This document shows positions 51,901 through 63,636 of a stretch of DNA of 64,000 nucleotides, piece after piece (the stretch's first letter is position 1; each line of letters starts with the position of its first letter). The notes beneath the pieces were generated by a model, which was not told the DNA's origin, searched no databases, and worked only from the letters and a program-made list of their open reading frames with translations. This DNA comes from Parasitella parasitica NRRL 2501 (lineage: Eukaryota > Fungi > Mucoromycota): positions 34,911-98,910 of the forward strand of contig MU619256.1 in the NCBI GenBank assembly GCA_025201805.1, written 5' to 3'. The position numbers and the translations under genes are program-made.

Positions 51901-53826
51901 GGAATGTTGCGGCCGTGTTAAATGGTTGTGTTAACGAATGAGTTTTGCAATTTGTTGCTGAATTAATTGGAGAAAGGCAGACCGAGTGAGAAAATTGGTT
52001 GATGTTTAGAAGGTCAAATGATGATTTTTTTTTTTACTATTTTACCATGTAAGCACGATATAATGGGGTTGATGAATAAATCTATTCATCTTTTGATTCA
52101 TATCAGAGCTCGAATTATGCTTTTTTGAGTTGATATTTATTCATCACATCACATCACACACTCCTCCTTAGCATGTTGATTAGGTACTTAATCTGCTTAA
52201 AAGGAAAAACTACACTGCTTAAATAAAAAGCTATCAACTTACGAGATAGCTTACGATAACATAGTCAATTGACTTTTAGGTCAATGTTGAAATCTGTGCC
52301 ACAGAAATAGCTGCTTAGCATATCATTATTTAAGAATAATAGCAAAACATTGTTTCAACCCTAAACTGTTAAAGAGGGTGTGTTATTTTATTATTCACTG
52401 TGCAATTTTTTAATTCTCATATAACAGATATTCAAAAAAGTTATCAATGTATATCGTTCATAGAGAAGAGAGAGAGAGGTCATAGTGGAAGGACTCATTC
52501 AGAATGTGCCACCATGATAAAATCAACATTGTAAAAAAGGCACAGCAGATGAGTGATATGATAAAAAAAAGGAGGACGTGAGGGAAATAATAAAGACTAT
52601 TAACTTACCAGATATACAACTAAGGATTTTCATTGATTGATAGAAGTTATCTATTTATATTGACCAAATCTACAGGAATCGATCTATGAATATTAACAGA
52701 TCATGTCTGACATTTAGTAGACATTCAATAGTAATTATCAGATTATCAGACATTTGGTTATAACTCTTGCTAAATGAACCCTAGAGCCAAGATCGAACTT
52801 GCAAAAAACAGCTAGTACTATCTAATAAAAATATTTTTATCCATGAAAAAGTCGATACATACAAAGTAATCAGCAGGAAACAGCGATTTTCATACGAGTA
52901 TTGCATATAACTGTTTTAAGCCTGATTAAACAGGCATGATCAAGACTGCCGTATTCGAGCATTATTTGATTTCCACTAGGCGATGTGTATATTAAAAGTT
53001 ATGCACAATAGTAGTTTTGTTTTTATAGTTGCAAAGAATTGCTCATAAATTCTGCTTTAGGAACCGTAGAATTGAGTTTGCACCTGGACTTCATAGCGAA
53101 AGATCAATGATTTCTGATTGGAACATTTGTATTGAATAAAAAACGCAAAGATGTTTTGCCAGGTCTTGAAATAGGCACAGCAGATGATTGTGTATTCAAA
53201 ACTCCTTAATATGATCAGGTAGTTATTTTACAATCTCAGGGCTCAAAATCCTTTGTGCTGGAAGCTGATCGTAGAGAACGAGCCTTGAATATTGTGGACC
53301 TGTTTCGAATAACCAACCTAGTTCATCCAGAGATGTCCCAATCATGTTCTCGGTACTAGATTTAGCAGAGACTGAGTCGCTCATCTTCAAAAATTGGGAT
53401 AGACTGTACAGACAAGAAGATATATTAGACAACTCTCAAAATTCGAAATCAATGGAAAAGAATAATACAGAGTTACACACCGCAAAGTCCCTCTACCTTC
53501 CTTTGCAAATTAGTTATTGTATTGGTAGTAGCGCAAAGCATATACTGCATATAGATTGAGAGTAATTCAACATTTGCCTATGTAGATATATACATGCAGA
53601 ATTAATTAATTAACAAAATAATACCACTAGCATTTTAGCATATCATTATATGCTACGTTTCACAGGTCCAAACATACATATATTGCAACACTTTTCTTCT
53701 TTAGTTTCTACTGTAACAGTGTTATTTAATGAATGAAATGAAACAAATTTTCTTTTCTTCTTTGCACCCATACATACTTTAATCTCTTTCCCTTCCTTTC
53801 TATCCTTACAACATCATTCAATCATT

Positions 53827-55418
53827 ATGAAATTGGTCAGCTGTTTCGTTTATGCAGCCATTATTTTTTCTTTAAACTCGGAAGCAGCAAAAAGTGACTC
53901 TAAACTACTAAGAATACCTATTAGACACAGAGATGTCTTCTCTGCAACCAGCAGAAAAAGAGCTATTAATGATATTTCTTTGTACAATGCAAATGGAAAA
54001 GAGTACTTGATTGAGATTGGCATTGGATCGCCTCCTCAGTTCTTCAACGTCACCTTAGATACAGGAAGGTATGTTTGCGTGTGTCGGGTATATATAACTT
54101 ATATGCATCAAACAATTAAGTGATTTTAACGCATAATAGTGCTGATTGCTGGGTTCCTGTTCAGTCATGTCCTACTTCCATGTGTCCCCATGCTCGTTTC
54201 AATTACCAAAAATCGAGCTCGTTCAAAGCCTTACCTCAGCAACTTGACATTAACTATGGTCTCGGCTCTGCAAAGGGCTCGTATGGTTCAGATACTTTGA
54301 CATTAGGTTCTGTGGATGGTGTGTCGTTGTCAAATTTCACTGTGGGATTGGTATCAAACACCAACAACATCTTGATGATATCTCAAACAGAGGAGGACGC
54401 ACCGTCCAACGGCATTTTTGGTTTAGGTTATCCTAATCTTAGCTTAAAGACAGGAGATAAGCCCGGCCATTTTGTTATGGGCTTGTACCAAGTCAAGGCC
54501 ATCAGCGAGCCTATTTTTTCTATCTTCTTGAATGCTCAATCTGCCTATGGAAACACCGGAGAGATGCTTCTAGGCGGTATTGATAAAAGTAGATACACTG
54601 GCCAGCTGCAGTATGCTCCTATTGTCAGTTACGATGTATCTACTTTTATGGTAACACCCAATTTGGGAACTAACATGACTAATAAAGAAGCAAATAGCCG
54701 GGAATCATATCTTTACTGGGCGGTACCTGGCCAGGGAGTTGAAACCTCCAGTGGCTACAAACATGAGAGCAAGACGCTGCAAGGATACATTCTGGACACG
54801 GGCACAACATTGACATATGTACCTCGATCTGTGGCTAAATCCATCGTCATGTCTGTTACGCAAAATGCGAAAACGACACAACTAGATGCAATTGATGATG
54901 TCTTTCGGGTCAGCTGCTCAACAGCCAAGCTAGAAGGCGCTGTCTCCTTTTTAGTGTCGCCTTCTCCAACAACTGCATCCACTAGTCCAATCTCAATTCG
55001 AGTTCCAATTTCTGATTTGGTCATACCACTGGATGATGCGCGCACAGCCGATTCTTCTAAATCATGCATGTTTGGTATTGCACCATCTCCAGCAGGATTG
55101 GATTTAACATCGGGAGAAACATGGATTTTGGGTGAGTCCACGCTGCGGTCACTCTATACTGTATTTGATTTGAAAGAGAATCGAATTGGGCTAGCCAAGT
55201 TAGCCAGCAGTGGGGGAGGATATAATAGCAACACAACTGCTCATGGAAGAAGCAATAATAGCAGCAGCAGCATTGCCGCCAATGAGTCCAATTCCAAGTC
55301 TAAGTCTGCGCCTTCTGCTGCATCATCAGCAGCAGCGTCAGCGTCAATTCTCATTTGCTCTTTATTACCTGCAATCTCTATGATGATGCTAGTCATTGTG
55401 ATGTGTTTCATATTGTGA
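53827..55418 (+). CDS. Secreted A1 (pepsin-like) aspartic protease, probably GPI/membrane-anchored; intron 54069-54139
   Basis: Signal peptide, RKR propeptide end, EYLIEIGIGSPPQ, DTGS and DTGT catalytic motifs, Ser-rich linker plus hydrophobic C-terminus. Confidence 0.93.
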
Positions 55419-55649
55419 TACTTCTTAATTCGGCGGATAAAAAAACATGAATGCACCTAGTTTTCATGACGTTTTCCCCCACCAGGCTTCTCTTCCCCCA
55501 ATGGTGAAGCCTTTTTCGATGTGGTTTTTGTCTCGGGACTAGAATCGGTGTATATTGAAAATTATAGAAAATGATAAAATGCAATAAAATAATCCCTCGT
55601 TCATCTATTCTGTTTGTTTGTTTGTTTCTCTCTCGCAACAAAGCAGAAA

Positions 55650-57194
55650 ATGAAAATTACCTTTGCAATTCTGGCTCTGGCGGCAGTCGTTAATGCGGAA
55701 GCAGCATCAGCAGCACCAGAAGACGGAATTCTTCGCTCAACAATTATCAAAAACCCTCGTCAGTCAAATCCATTACAGGTCGCACGAAGACGATACCAAC
55801 TCCTCAACAAGCGAAATTTCGATAAAAGAGACCCGTTCAATGCCGCCTTGTACAATGACCAAGGCTCTCAGTATCTCATTGAAGTTGGCATCGGAACTCC
55901 CCCTCAGCATTTCGCTGTGACTCTGGATACTGGTAGTGCAGACCTTTGGGTGCCTTCCACCAAATGCCCTACTAGCTCATGCCCGTTCTACCGATTTGAC
56001 ACTTCAAATTCATCGACATTCAAGGCTCTCGACAAGCCCTTTGGCATCCAATACGGCATTGGAAGCGTCAATGGCACCTACGCAACGGATACGGTCTCAG
56101 TTGGCGGTGCATCCATCCCGAATCAGCAGTTTGGTCTTGCTTCAATAACCCAGGACATTATGCAACCTAATCCCTCGGCTGGTGGTGTAGGTTCCAACAC
56201 GCCAGAGCCATTCAATACATCGAGCTCAAACACTGTGGAGGCAAACGGCATTCTGGGCCTCGGCTTTCCTTCATTAACGCAAGCTAACAGTCAAGGCGAA
56301 GGGGCTTACAATCCATTTGTCTTTAATCTGGCCTCGCAAAACGTCATCAAGGAGCCCATTTTTTCCATCTTTCTAAACAGCATCTCAGAGCCGAATTGGT
56401 CCGGTGAGATCATCTTTGGCGGCATTGATCAAACAAAGTTCGAGGGCGAATTAACCTATCTGCCCGTTGCCAGCTTGACAGCCAGGTCTTCATCAGGGAG
56501 TTCTTCTTCATCTAGTAGTCGCAATGCTGGCTACTACTACTGGATGGTGTATGGTCAAGGTTTGGGTGTCAAGAACTCTAATACTGGGTCTAACCCAAGT
56601 TGGAGATTGCGTGAAGTCGGCGCATTTATCTTGGACACTGGTACCACATTAACGTATCTACCAACCTCGGTTGCCACTGACATTGTTACTGCGTTTGCTG
56701 GTGAGGACAACTACGCTTTGGATCGTCAATCGGGCGTCTTTATCGTCGACTGCGCTACTGCCAAGAGCCCTGCCGTTTTCCAGCTGCAAATGTCTCAATC
56801 GAGCTCAGCCAGCGACAGTCCTTTGACGCTTAGCGTGCCTGCTTCGGAACTGGTTATCCCTATCGACGGAACGTCTGCTGATAATGCACGGGTATGTATG
56901 TTTGGCATTGCTCCTTTGGGAGGCGCAGGAGGTATCGGATCAAATATGTACCTTGTTGGTGATTCTGTACTGCGCTCTGCCTACATGGTGTTTGATATGG
57001 GCCAAAATCGTATTGGTCTTGCGGCAAATAAGAACATTGGCGGTTCCATCACAGTTGGTAATGGCACAGCCAATTCTTCTCCTGGTGCCTCGAGCACTGA
57101 AAGCTCTTCTGGTGGTGATCAATCTATGAAGTCTTCCATTGCAATCACTGTTGGTGCTTTAGTGATTACTTCGCTTATTATGGCTGCCCATTAG
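55650..57194 (+). CDS. Secreted A1 aspartic protease, probably GPI-anchored; intronless
   Basis: MKITFAILALAAVVNA signal; KR sites; LDTGSADLWVPS and ILDTGTTLTY; VGDSVLRSAYMVFD; Ser/Gly linker plus hydrophobic tail. Confidence 0.95.
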   Translation: MKITFAILALAAVVNAEAASAAPEDGILRSTIIKNPRQSNPLQVARRRYQLLNKRNFDKRDPFNAALYNDQGSQYLIEVGIGTPPQHFAVTLDTGSADLWVPSTKCPTSSCPFYRFDTSNSSTFKALDKPFGIQYGIGSVNGTYATDTVSVGGASIPNQQFGLASITQDIMQPNPSAGGVGSNTPEPFNTSSSNTVEANGILGLGFPSLTQANSQGEGAYNPFVFNLASQNVIKEPIFSIFLNSISEPNWSGEIIFGGIDQTKFEGELTYLPVASLTARSSSGSSSSSSSRNAGYYYWMVYGQGLGVKNSNTGSNPSWRLREVGAFILDTGTTLTYLPTSVATDIVTAFAGEDNYALDRQSGVFIVDCATAKSPAVFQLQMSQSSSASDSPLTLSVPASELVIPIDGTSADNARVCMFGIAPLGGAGGIGSNMYLVGDSVLRSAYMVFDMGQNRIGLAANKNIGGSITVGNGTANSSPGASSTESSSGGDQSMKSSIAITVGALVITSLIMAAH

Positions 57195-58251
57195 GCAAAA
57201 AATCTTGTATTATACATGTCGGTGTGAATGGCTGCATAAACAACGACTAATCTTTCTTTCGTGTAATATCTGCTACCTTTGTAATTAACACCCTATTCAA
57301 ATATATAAAATGTAAAATGAAATAATAAAACTCATAACAAACAAAAATCAACCTACGTTCCGAAAACGAAGATAGCTATAGCATGTCATGATAAAAATAT
57401 AGACGTATAGATATTACTGTATGTAGTAGAAACCCAGGCATAAAACATTAGCTGGCCATAAACAGGCAAACCTTTCATCTGACTTTATATTGTTTATAAG
57501 CTCAGGAATTCGATTTGAATAGAGAATATATCTACATAAAAACTTCTTGTACGGTATGTTGTTACTTACTACACTCAAATTTCTTGTCTTTTGCATGGCT
57601 ATTGTGTTTGTTGAGAGTGTCATCTTTAGGGAAGCGAGGAGTAATATGTGGAATAGAATTCCACTATTTCAAAAAGCTTTTCAAATAAATGATGTCCTAT
57701 TTTATTATTGCTTTATCGCTTTGATTTTAATTTTTTGTTCTGCTGAAAGGATCGACCGAATAAAAAGTAACGTAATGTTTTGCTAATGATGTATTTAGCC
57801 ACTGTACACAGAGGAAAATTGATTTTAGAACGACAATATATGTATACATTAAGGTATCGCTATTTTTGCCGTCCTATACATTTGCAAGTGGTAGCAGACT
57901 ATAATCGCAATGGATAATTGTCTAGTTAAACCTTCGGACCATGTATACTTCTGAACTATAGCAATACAATATTATGCTGAAACATCAGCTATCTCGTAAA
58001 TTTGGGAGGAAATGACCTCATTGTCATTGATTCACTTGGACTAAACGGGGGTCTCAACATCGCACGTGCAATAAGCAAACTTGCTTGATACCTAAAAGCA
58101 ACCGAGAAAAACATCACTTAATGAGATCACTTACTTATTTGTGATCTCATAACTTTAATCGAGGGGTTTGACTTTTCATCTCACGAATATGCATTAAAAC
58201 CTATACGAAAGTGTTTTTAGATGATATTGACTTTGTATGCACTGTTCCACG

Positions 58252-59520
58252 ATGATTAAAATTGTGATTCTATTCATCTATCTGTTTATTGTTACTCCAG
58301 CGCAGACTAATGGAAAAACCATATCTTTACCAATAGAAAAAAAGTATCATTATTATCAAGAAAAAATACAAAGGAGAGCACCTACACATAATATCCAGTT
58401 GTATAACAATGAAGGAGCCGAATATCTAATCAGTATTGGTATCGGAACACCCGTACAGAACTTTACTGTTTCTGTAGACACCGGAAGGTAGCATATAACA
58501 GCATGATATTTATTCATGCATTGACATTTGCCTATTTACACATCTAGCTCTGACCTATGGGTACCTAGCATTTCTTGTTCTGAACAAGAATGTCCATATA
58601 ATCGATTTGATCCTTCAAAATCCTCTACGTTTTCAACTGTCAACGATACACCCTCTTTTTACATTGCGTATGGTATTGGATCAGTAAATGGCACGTTTGC
58701 AAAAGATAGTGTACATTTAGGAGACGCATACCTTTCTCAGCAAATATTTGGCATGGCCTCATCAACAAAAGATTTAATATTCATGTCGAGTTCGCCTTCC
58801 AATGGCATTCTGGGACTAGGCTATCCTGCTTTGACTACCGGAGATACCAAGTATGATCCATTTGTTTTCCGACTGCAAAAGGAAGGCCTCATTGAAAAGC
58901 CTGTGTTTTCCATAAGCATGGGTTCTGTGAATGATCACGGCTGGGTAGGTGAGATTTTATTAGGTGGTAAAAATCCAGAAAAATACGTGGGAGACATAGC
59001 ATACGAGCCTGTATGGGGCGATAATATATATTGGATGGTTGCTGGAAAGTCGATTCAAGTCGTCAAGGAGACGACGCAAAGTGAGGTTATTCTCAATGAT
59101 ACATTTGAATCTGTACGAGGCTTAATTATTGATACTGGTACTACCTTGACATATATGGACCATGTCCTTGCGGATGAGATTGTCCGCATGGTGGCGGATA
59201 AAGTTGTATTCGATCAAGCGTCAGGAACCTATATAATTGATTGTGGGGTCAAAGGAGACGCAACCACTGATTATTTTCTGGAATTTATCATGCAGAAAAC
59301 AAAAATTTCCATTCCTATTCAGGATCTTATTTTACCCCTAGGAGGGGAAGAAGGCCAACAAGGTGGTCTCTGCATGTTTGGTATCGCACCATGGATGACC
59401 ACAGGCACAAGCCAGAAAATGAATGAAAAGGGTTGGATATTGATCGGTGACTCTGTACTGAGATCTACCTACTTGGTGTTTGATATGAGAGATCATCGGA
59501 TCGGGTTTGCCAAAGTATAA
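58252..59520 (+). CDS. Secreted A1 aspartic protease without C-terminal anchor; intron 58488-58547 (alternative ATG at 58237)
   Basis: Signal peptide; EYLISIGIGTPVQNF, VDTGSSDLWVPS, IIDTGTTLTY, IGDSVLRSTYLVFD; ends at RIGFAKV. Confidence 0.93.
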
Positions 59521-59949
59521 ACCTTAAAAGCTTGATGAAATGCGTGCCACAAACACTCATTCATGTTATTTTAGACTTCTATACGTGACACCAAAAAGGC
59601 ATCATTGTCCTCCATCGGTAGTGGCACTCAATCTCCGAACATGTGTTTGCATAAACTAAAGGTTATCTTTAGTGTAGCACTTGCAGCCACATTAATTCTT
59701 TAGTTATTAAATGGTCTGTGCAATTTTGGATAGCTTATTATGCATGTATTATAAAATTCTAAAAAAAAAAAAAGTCGTCGGATTGATTCATGATAACTGT
59801 TTATATAATGAGGATGTATCGATCCTTTTTCAACGAGTGAATATGATGCAGTTTCTGATGTTGAAACAGAGAGGCAACAATACAATTCGGCGTAAGCAAA
59901 ACAGAGTTTTACAGTTAGACTATCAGAATGGCTGCTTTGACATCTACGT

Positions 59950-60530
59950 GCCGTCTTTCGTCTTTTCTGCTTATTCTTTTTTGCATTCTTCCTTTTATTT
60001 TTTTGGGCCGTTGATGAAGATGTTGACAGCATTCTCAATTTACACCATCTTAGTCTTGCATCTTGGAAGCCATAAGAATTAGACAGTGTTTGGAAATGCT
60101 GTAACATATATTATATGTATAATATATGTAGTATGTAACGTTGTATGCTTGCAGCCTTTAATCTTCTCTTCCGATCTTGCACTAGTTTTTGCCAATTAAC
60201 ATTCCCACTCATATCACAGTATTCAGCGGATGATAAGCGTCTTTAAAATGTAGTAGTTGACAAACAGTTGTACTACTAACACAACCTTCTGCAAGAAAAT
60301 AGACTTTTTCAAGAGCGTTATTAAACAAATGTTTGTCTGGTGCTCATATGAACGATTTAAGAGGCGATGATACTGCGTATCTTTCTTATAGAGCATCAAC
60401 GTTTTGTTCGATCAACTCAGGCAAAGTGAAAAATTGTAGCTGATGCACTGCTTGCTTCTGGCCGAAGAGTGCCCACTCACACCACACAATTTACATAGAG
60501 CTTCCTAGGTTACAGGTACTGCATTGCGTA

Positions 60531-60580
<50 letters not shown>

Positions 60581-60727
60581 TTTTTTTCTTCGACATGTCT
60601 CTGCGCTTGATGTCTTCTAAAAGTGTAAGTTTTTCTGCTTCATTTAATAACTTACATTACTTCTTTTTAATAGGCTGTCTGTTTGAGATATCGGACCCTG
60701 TGGCCGTTTCTTCTTGCTATTTCTCAT
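59950..60727 (-). pseudogene. Fanzor1-like nuclease relic, N-terminal and middle portions (internally deleted)
   Basis: CKLCGVSGHSSARSKQC (60495-60445), ERYAVSSPLKSF, FLQKVVLVVQLFVNYYILK (to 60241), RLSSAEYCDMSG, LQHFQTLSNSYGFQDARLRW, IENAVNIFINGPK, then a K/R-rich stretch; order matches Mucorales Fanzor1-type proteins as I recall them; stops and frameshifts present. Confidence 0.6.
60534..60577. repeat. Poly(T)44 homopolymer
   Basis: 44 consecutive T, inside the 5' part of the Fanzor-like relic. Confidence 0.95.
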
Positions 60728-60809
60728 ACTTCTGTTGTTTTTTTTAATTAAAGCTTCAATATTTGGATAAATCGGTATATACATATTTGATTAATCAATT
60801 CAAATAAAA

Positions 60810-61216
60810 TTATATTCAGAGGGGAAAGACAAAAAAAAACACCTTGTAAGGCTTTTAAAGAATTTACAGACATCTTAATTTATATTATGCATCAAAAACT
60901 CTGGTATGGACGGTGTCATATACTATAATGAACTCAACAGAAATCTCTAAAATCATAGCTGATCGCTTTTTTAGGCTTAAGGGACGCATCTATTGTTCTT
61001 TATTGTGCATTTTTTTTATTTTCTATTTCACACATTGTAGACATCAGTGTACAATGCAAAGTTTATGACTTGATTCAGCAGCGTCGAAGACTCCACCCTC
61101 ACTTCCAATGGTACCATCTGTTCAATCCAGTGGAACCGAGGCGTGAATAGCTGTAACAACATGGCAAAAACATCTATGGCTTTTTGGAATGGTCATAAAC
61201 GTCCTCTATTTTTTAA
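60810..61216 (+). pseudogene. Fanzor1/TnpB-like relic, C-terminal RuvC-II / zinc-finger / RuvC-III portion
   Basis: RIYRHLNL (60859-60882), NELN..ISK (~60927-60951), QCKVYDL...RRLHPHFQ[C, 1-nt frameshift]TICSIQWNRGVNSCNNMAKTSMAFWNGHKRPLFFK, matching the TnpB/Fanzor CxxC-x3-WNRD-x-N-A-x-x-N signature with D changed to G. Confidence 0.65.
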
Positions 61217-62395
61217 AACTAAGGAGAATTGCTTAGAGAACACGGAAAAGTTTTGTAAATGCATATGTAAAGTTCTTTATAGGTAAGCCTACACCTACAA
61301 CGCATAATTTCCAACATAATTTCCTTATTTGATTTATTCCAAAAAAGGTAAGCAAATCGTCTAAACTTAAGATTTGATTTGCCCAGAAAAAACCAAGATC
61401 GTCTGAATTCGAAATAATAGTTCCTGAATCAGGGTAGATCGTTTTAAACGATTGCAGATATAAAGATCAATATTTTACAATAAAATCTCGATATATTTTT
61501 TTTCCGCTATTTCGGTTACTTAAGCCCCTATTAAATACATCAACTTTAATAGGTCTCAACAATTATATTCAGCATTGATAATCAGTAACCGAAACTTTTT
61601 CACAAAGTTTGGTAATACGAAGTATTAATATTCTGGATCCATCAATTGGATTCCTTGCATATTTTTCTTGGATTTAAATCAATCTTTTTCGATAGTATTT
61701 AATAAAGGTAAGTCAGATAGAATAAAGTATGATTTATCGTCATGGTGACATTTCGAATATTTTTCATCCTGATTGTCAAAATATAATTGGAGTAACTTTA
61801 TGTATATGTTTTTGATTTCGTATAAAAAATTATCAGAAATGAGGAAGTGTTTGGGATTATAGGAATCAATCGTATATCGTATATAGAACTCGTTTTTTGA
61901 TCGTTTACACGTTTTTGTAGTTATATGCCAGTTTTTGCGTTCTACTGAATTTTCCATAAAAATCTACCGTATATAGGGCAGTTTTTAGTTTAATGTTGTG
62001 CATAGCTTTAATACAAAATGTTTTGTTGCACAAACCTATGATGAGGCGCATCATAAACCAAGTACTACCATGTACCCCCTTCCTGTATTCTTTATCATCT
62101 ATTAATAATATAAAATAGAGCGGGGAATATATGAAAAAAGTATGATCCCTGGAATAATAACATCATAATGATTGAACATATCTAACATGTATGGAAAAAG
62201 TCATCAACAAGAATTAAGTTTGGTCATCAATGGCAAATCTTACCTTTTGCTACTAATTGAGTCTATTGATTGTTCATCTCCGCGCATCATTCAAATGGCC
62301 ATTGGTTCATTTCAGTTTTCAAATGGTTTATTTTTGGTATTTTTCATTTTTCTTTTTCTCCTTTTTTTTTTTTTTTTTTTTTTCTTTATATTATA

Positions 62396-62965
62396 ATGGA
62401 CATTGTAAATCAGCAACAACAGCATCATTATGAAAATACAAAAGAAATGTTAATGAAACGATTAGCAGATGCTAGCCAATATAAGATATACCCATCGATT
62501 ATTCCAAGAAATGAGTTACCTTTAAGAAAGATTTTACTCACCACGAGGTAACAAGCTACGATAATAATAATAATTCCCACACAATGACTTAAACTACAAC
62601 ACTCTAGGTTGTGGAATCATGTACGTAGACAGCAAGCCATGCTAGCCATGTCATCAACACCAGATGAATGGCTATTCGAGCAAGAAATTAGTAATGAAAT
62701 TATACCCGCTAAAGAAGAAGAGAAACAAATGGAAGAAATACAAGACAAAATAGAAAATTATAGCCGCAAAAGAAGAATTGAGGACGAGCCTGAACAGTTA
62801 CAAATAAAAAAACCAAAATCATCATCAAACACCAACAACTTGCACCAACATTTCATCGACTCCCCGGCTTCACCGGCTGGCCCGGCTTCTCTATCATCTA
62901 CTGCACCCTCTTCTTTACCTCCTCCAACAACGAGCAATAGCCCTGCAGTCCTGTTGAGCGCATGA
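62396..62965 (+). CDS. Small hypothetical protein; intron ~62548-62607
   Basis: MDIVNQQQQ...ELPLRKILLTTR|LWNHVRRQQ...; frame-preserving GT-AG intron; basic NLS-like RKRR...KKPK; AATAAA after the stop. Confidence 0.65.
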
Positions 62966-63327
62966 AAATACTGAATAAAAAAATCTCGTATATATTTTTA
63001 AACATATACTTACTCGCTACGTTATTAAGAAAAAAACTGGTTGAAATAAAATAAAAAATATATAAATACCACAAAGTCTTGTAAATAAAGCCTATAAATA
63101 GCTTTTAATGGCGGATAAATAAAGAGAATATAGTGATGCATAGAATTATAGTTGTAAATGATCTGTTTCGCCCATCAATTAAATTAATAGAGATTCATCT
63201 ATACATCAGTATAGCTTATGTAAGTAATAATTGTACAACATGTATAACAGGGACATACTTATAAAAGAAGACATTTTGGTATTGATACTTTCTTTATCTT
63301 TTTTTTTCCTCTTTAAAATAATCAATC

Positions 63328-63636
63328 ATGGTTAAATATATACAAGTTCTGACCTTCTTGGCTGTAGTCACTCAGGCTTCTCTCGGTCAATTACTGGCAC
63401 CCAATGCTTCCAATAACTGTACGGCCGAGCTCTGGGAATTGTGCGATCAATTCTTGTTGAATGGAGGTCTGCAGTGCCATCGTAACGCCCAAATCATTTG
63501 CCATCATGAAAATCAAGAAATGAATGATAAAGAATATTGTGCACAAAATGCAACTTACAGTTGCCGAACGTTCAGATCAAGATATGGCTATACCTGCAAT
63601 TCCACCTCTTGCGTATTGTCGAAAAATCTCATATAA
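63328..63636 (+). CDS. Small secreted cysteine-rich protein (102 aa, 8 Cys)
   Basis: TATAAAA ~65 nt upstream; signal peptide; Cys spacing C7C10C7C12C7C10C4C; four N-x-S/T sequons. Confidence 0.75.
   Translation: MVKYIQVLTFLAVVTQASLGQLLAPNASNNCTAELWELCDQFLLNGGLQCHRNAQIICHHENQEMNDKEYCAQNATYSCRTFRSRYGYTCNSTSCVLSKNLI

Noticed and set aside
59540-59760. Minus-strand NTCIISYPKLHRPF as a second Fanzor C-terminus
   Set aside because: Too degenerate; the plus-strand fragment at 61040-61216 is a far better match.
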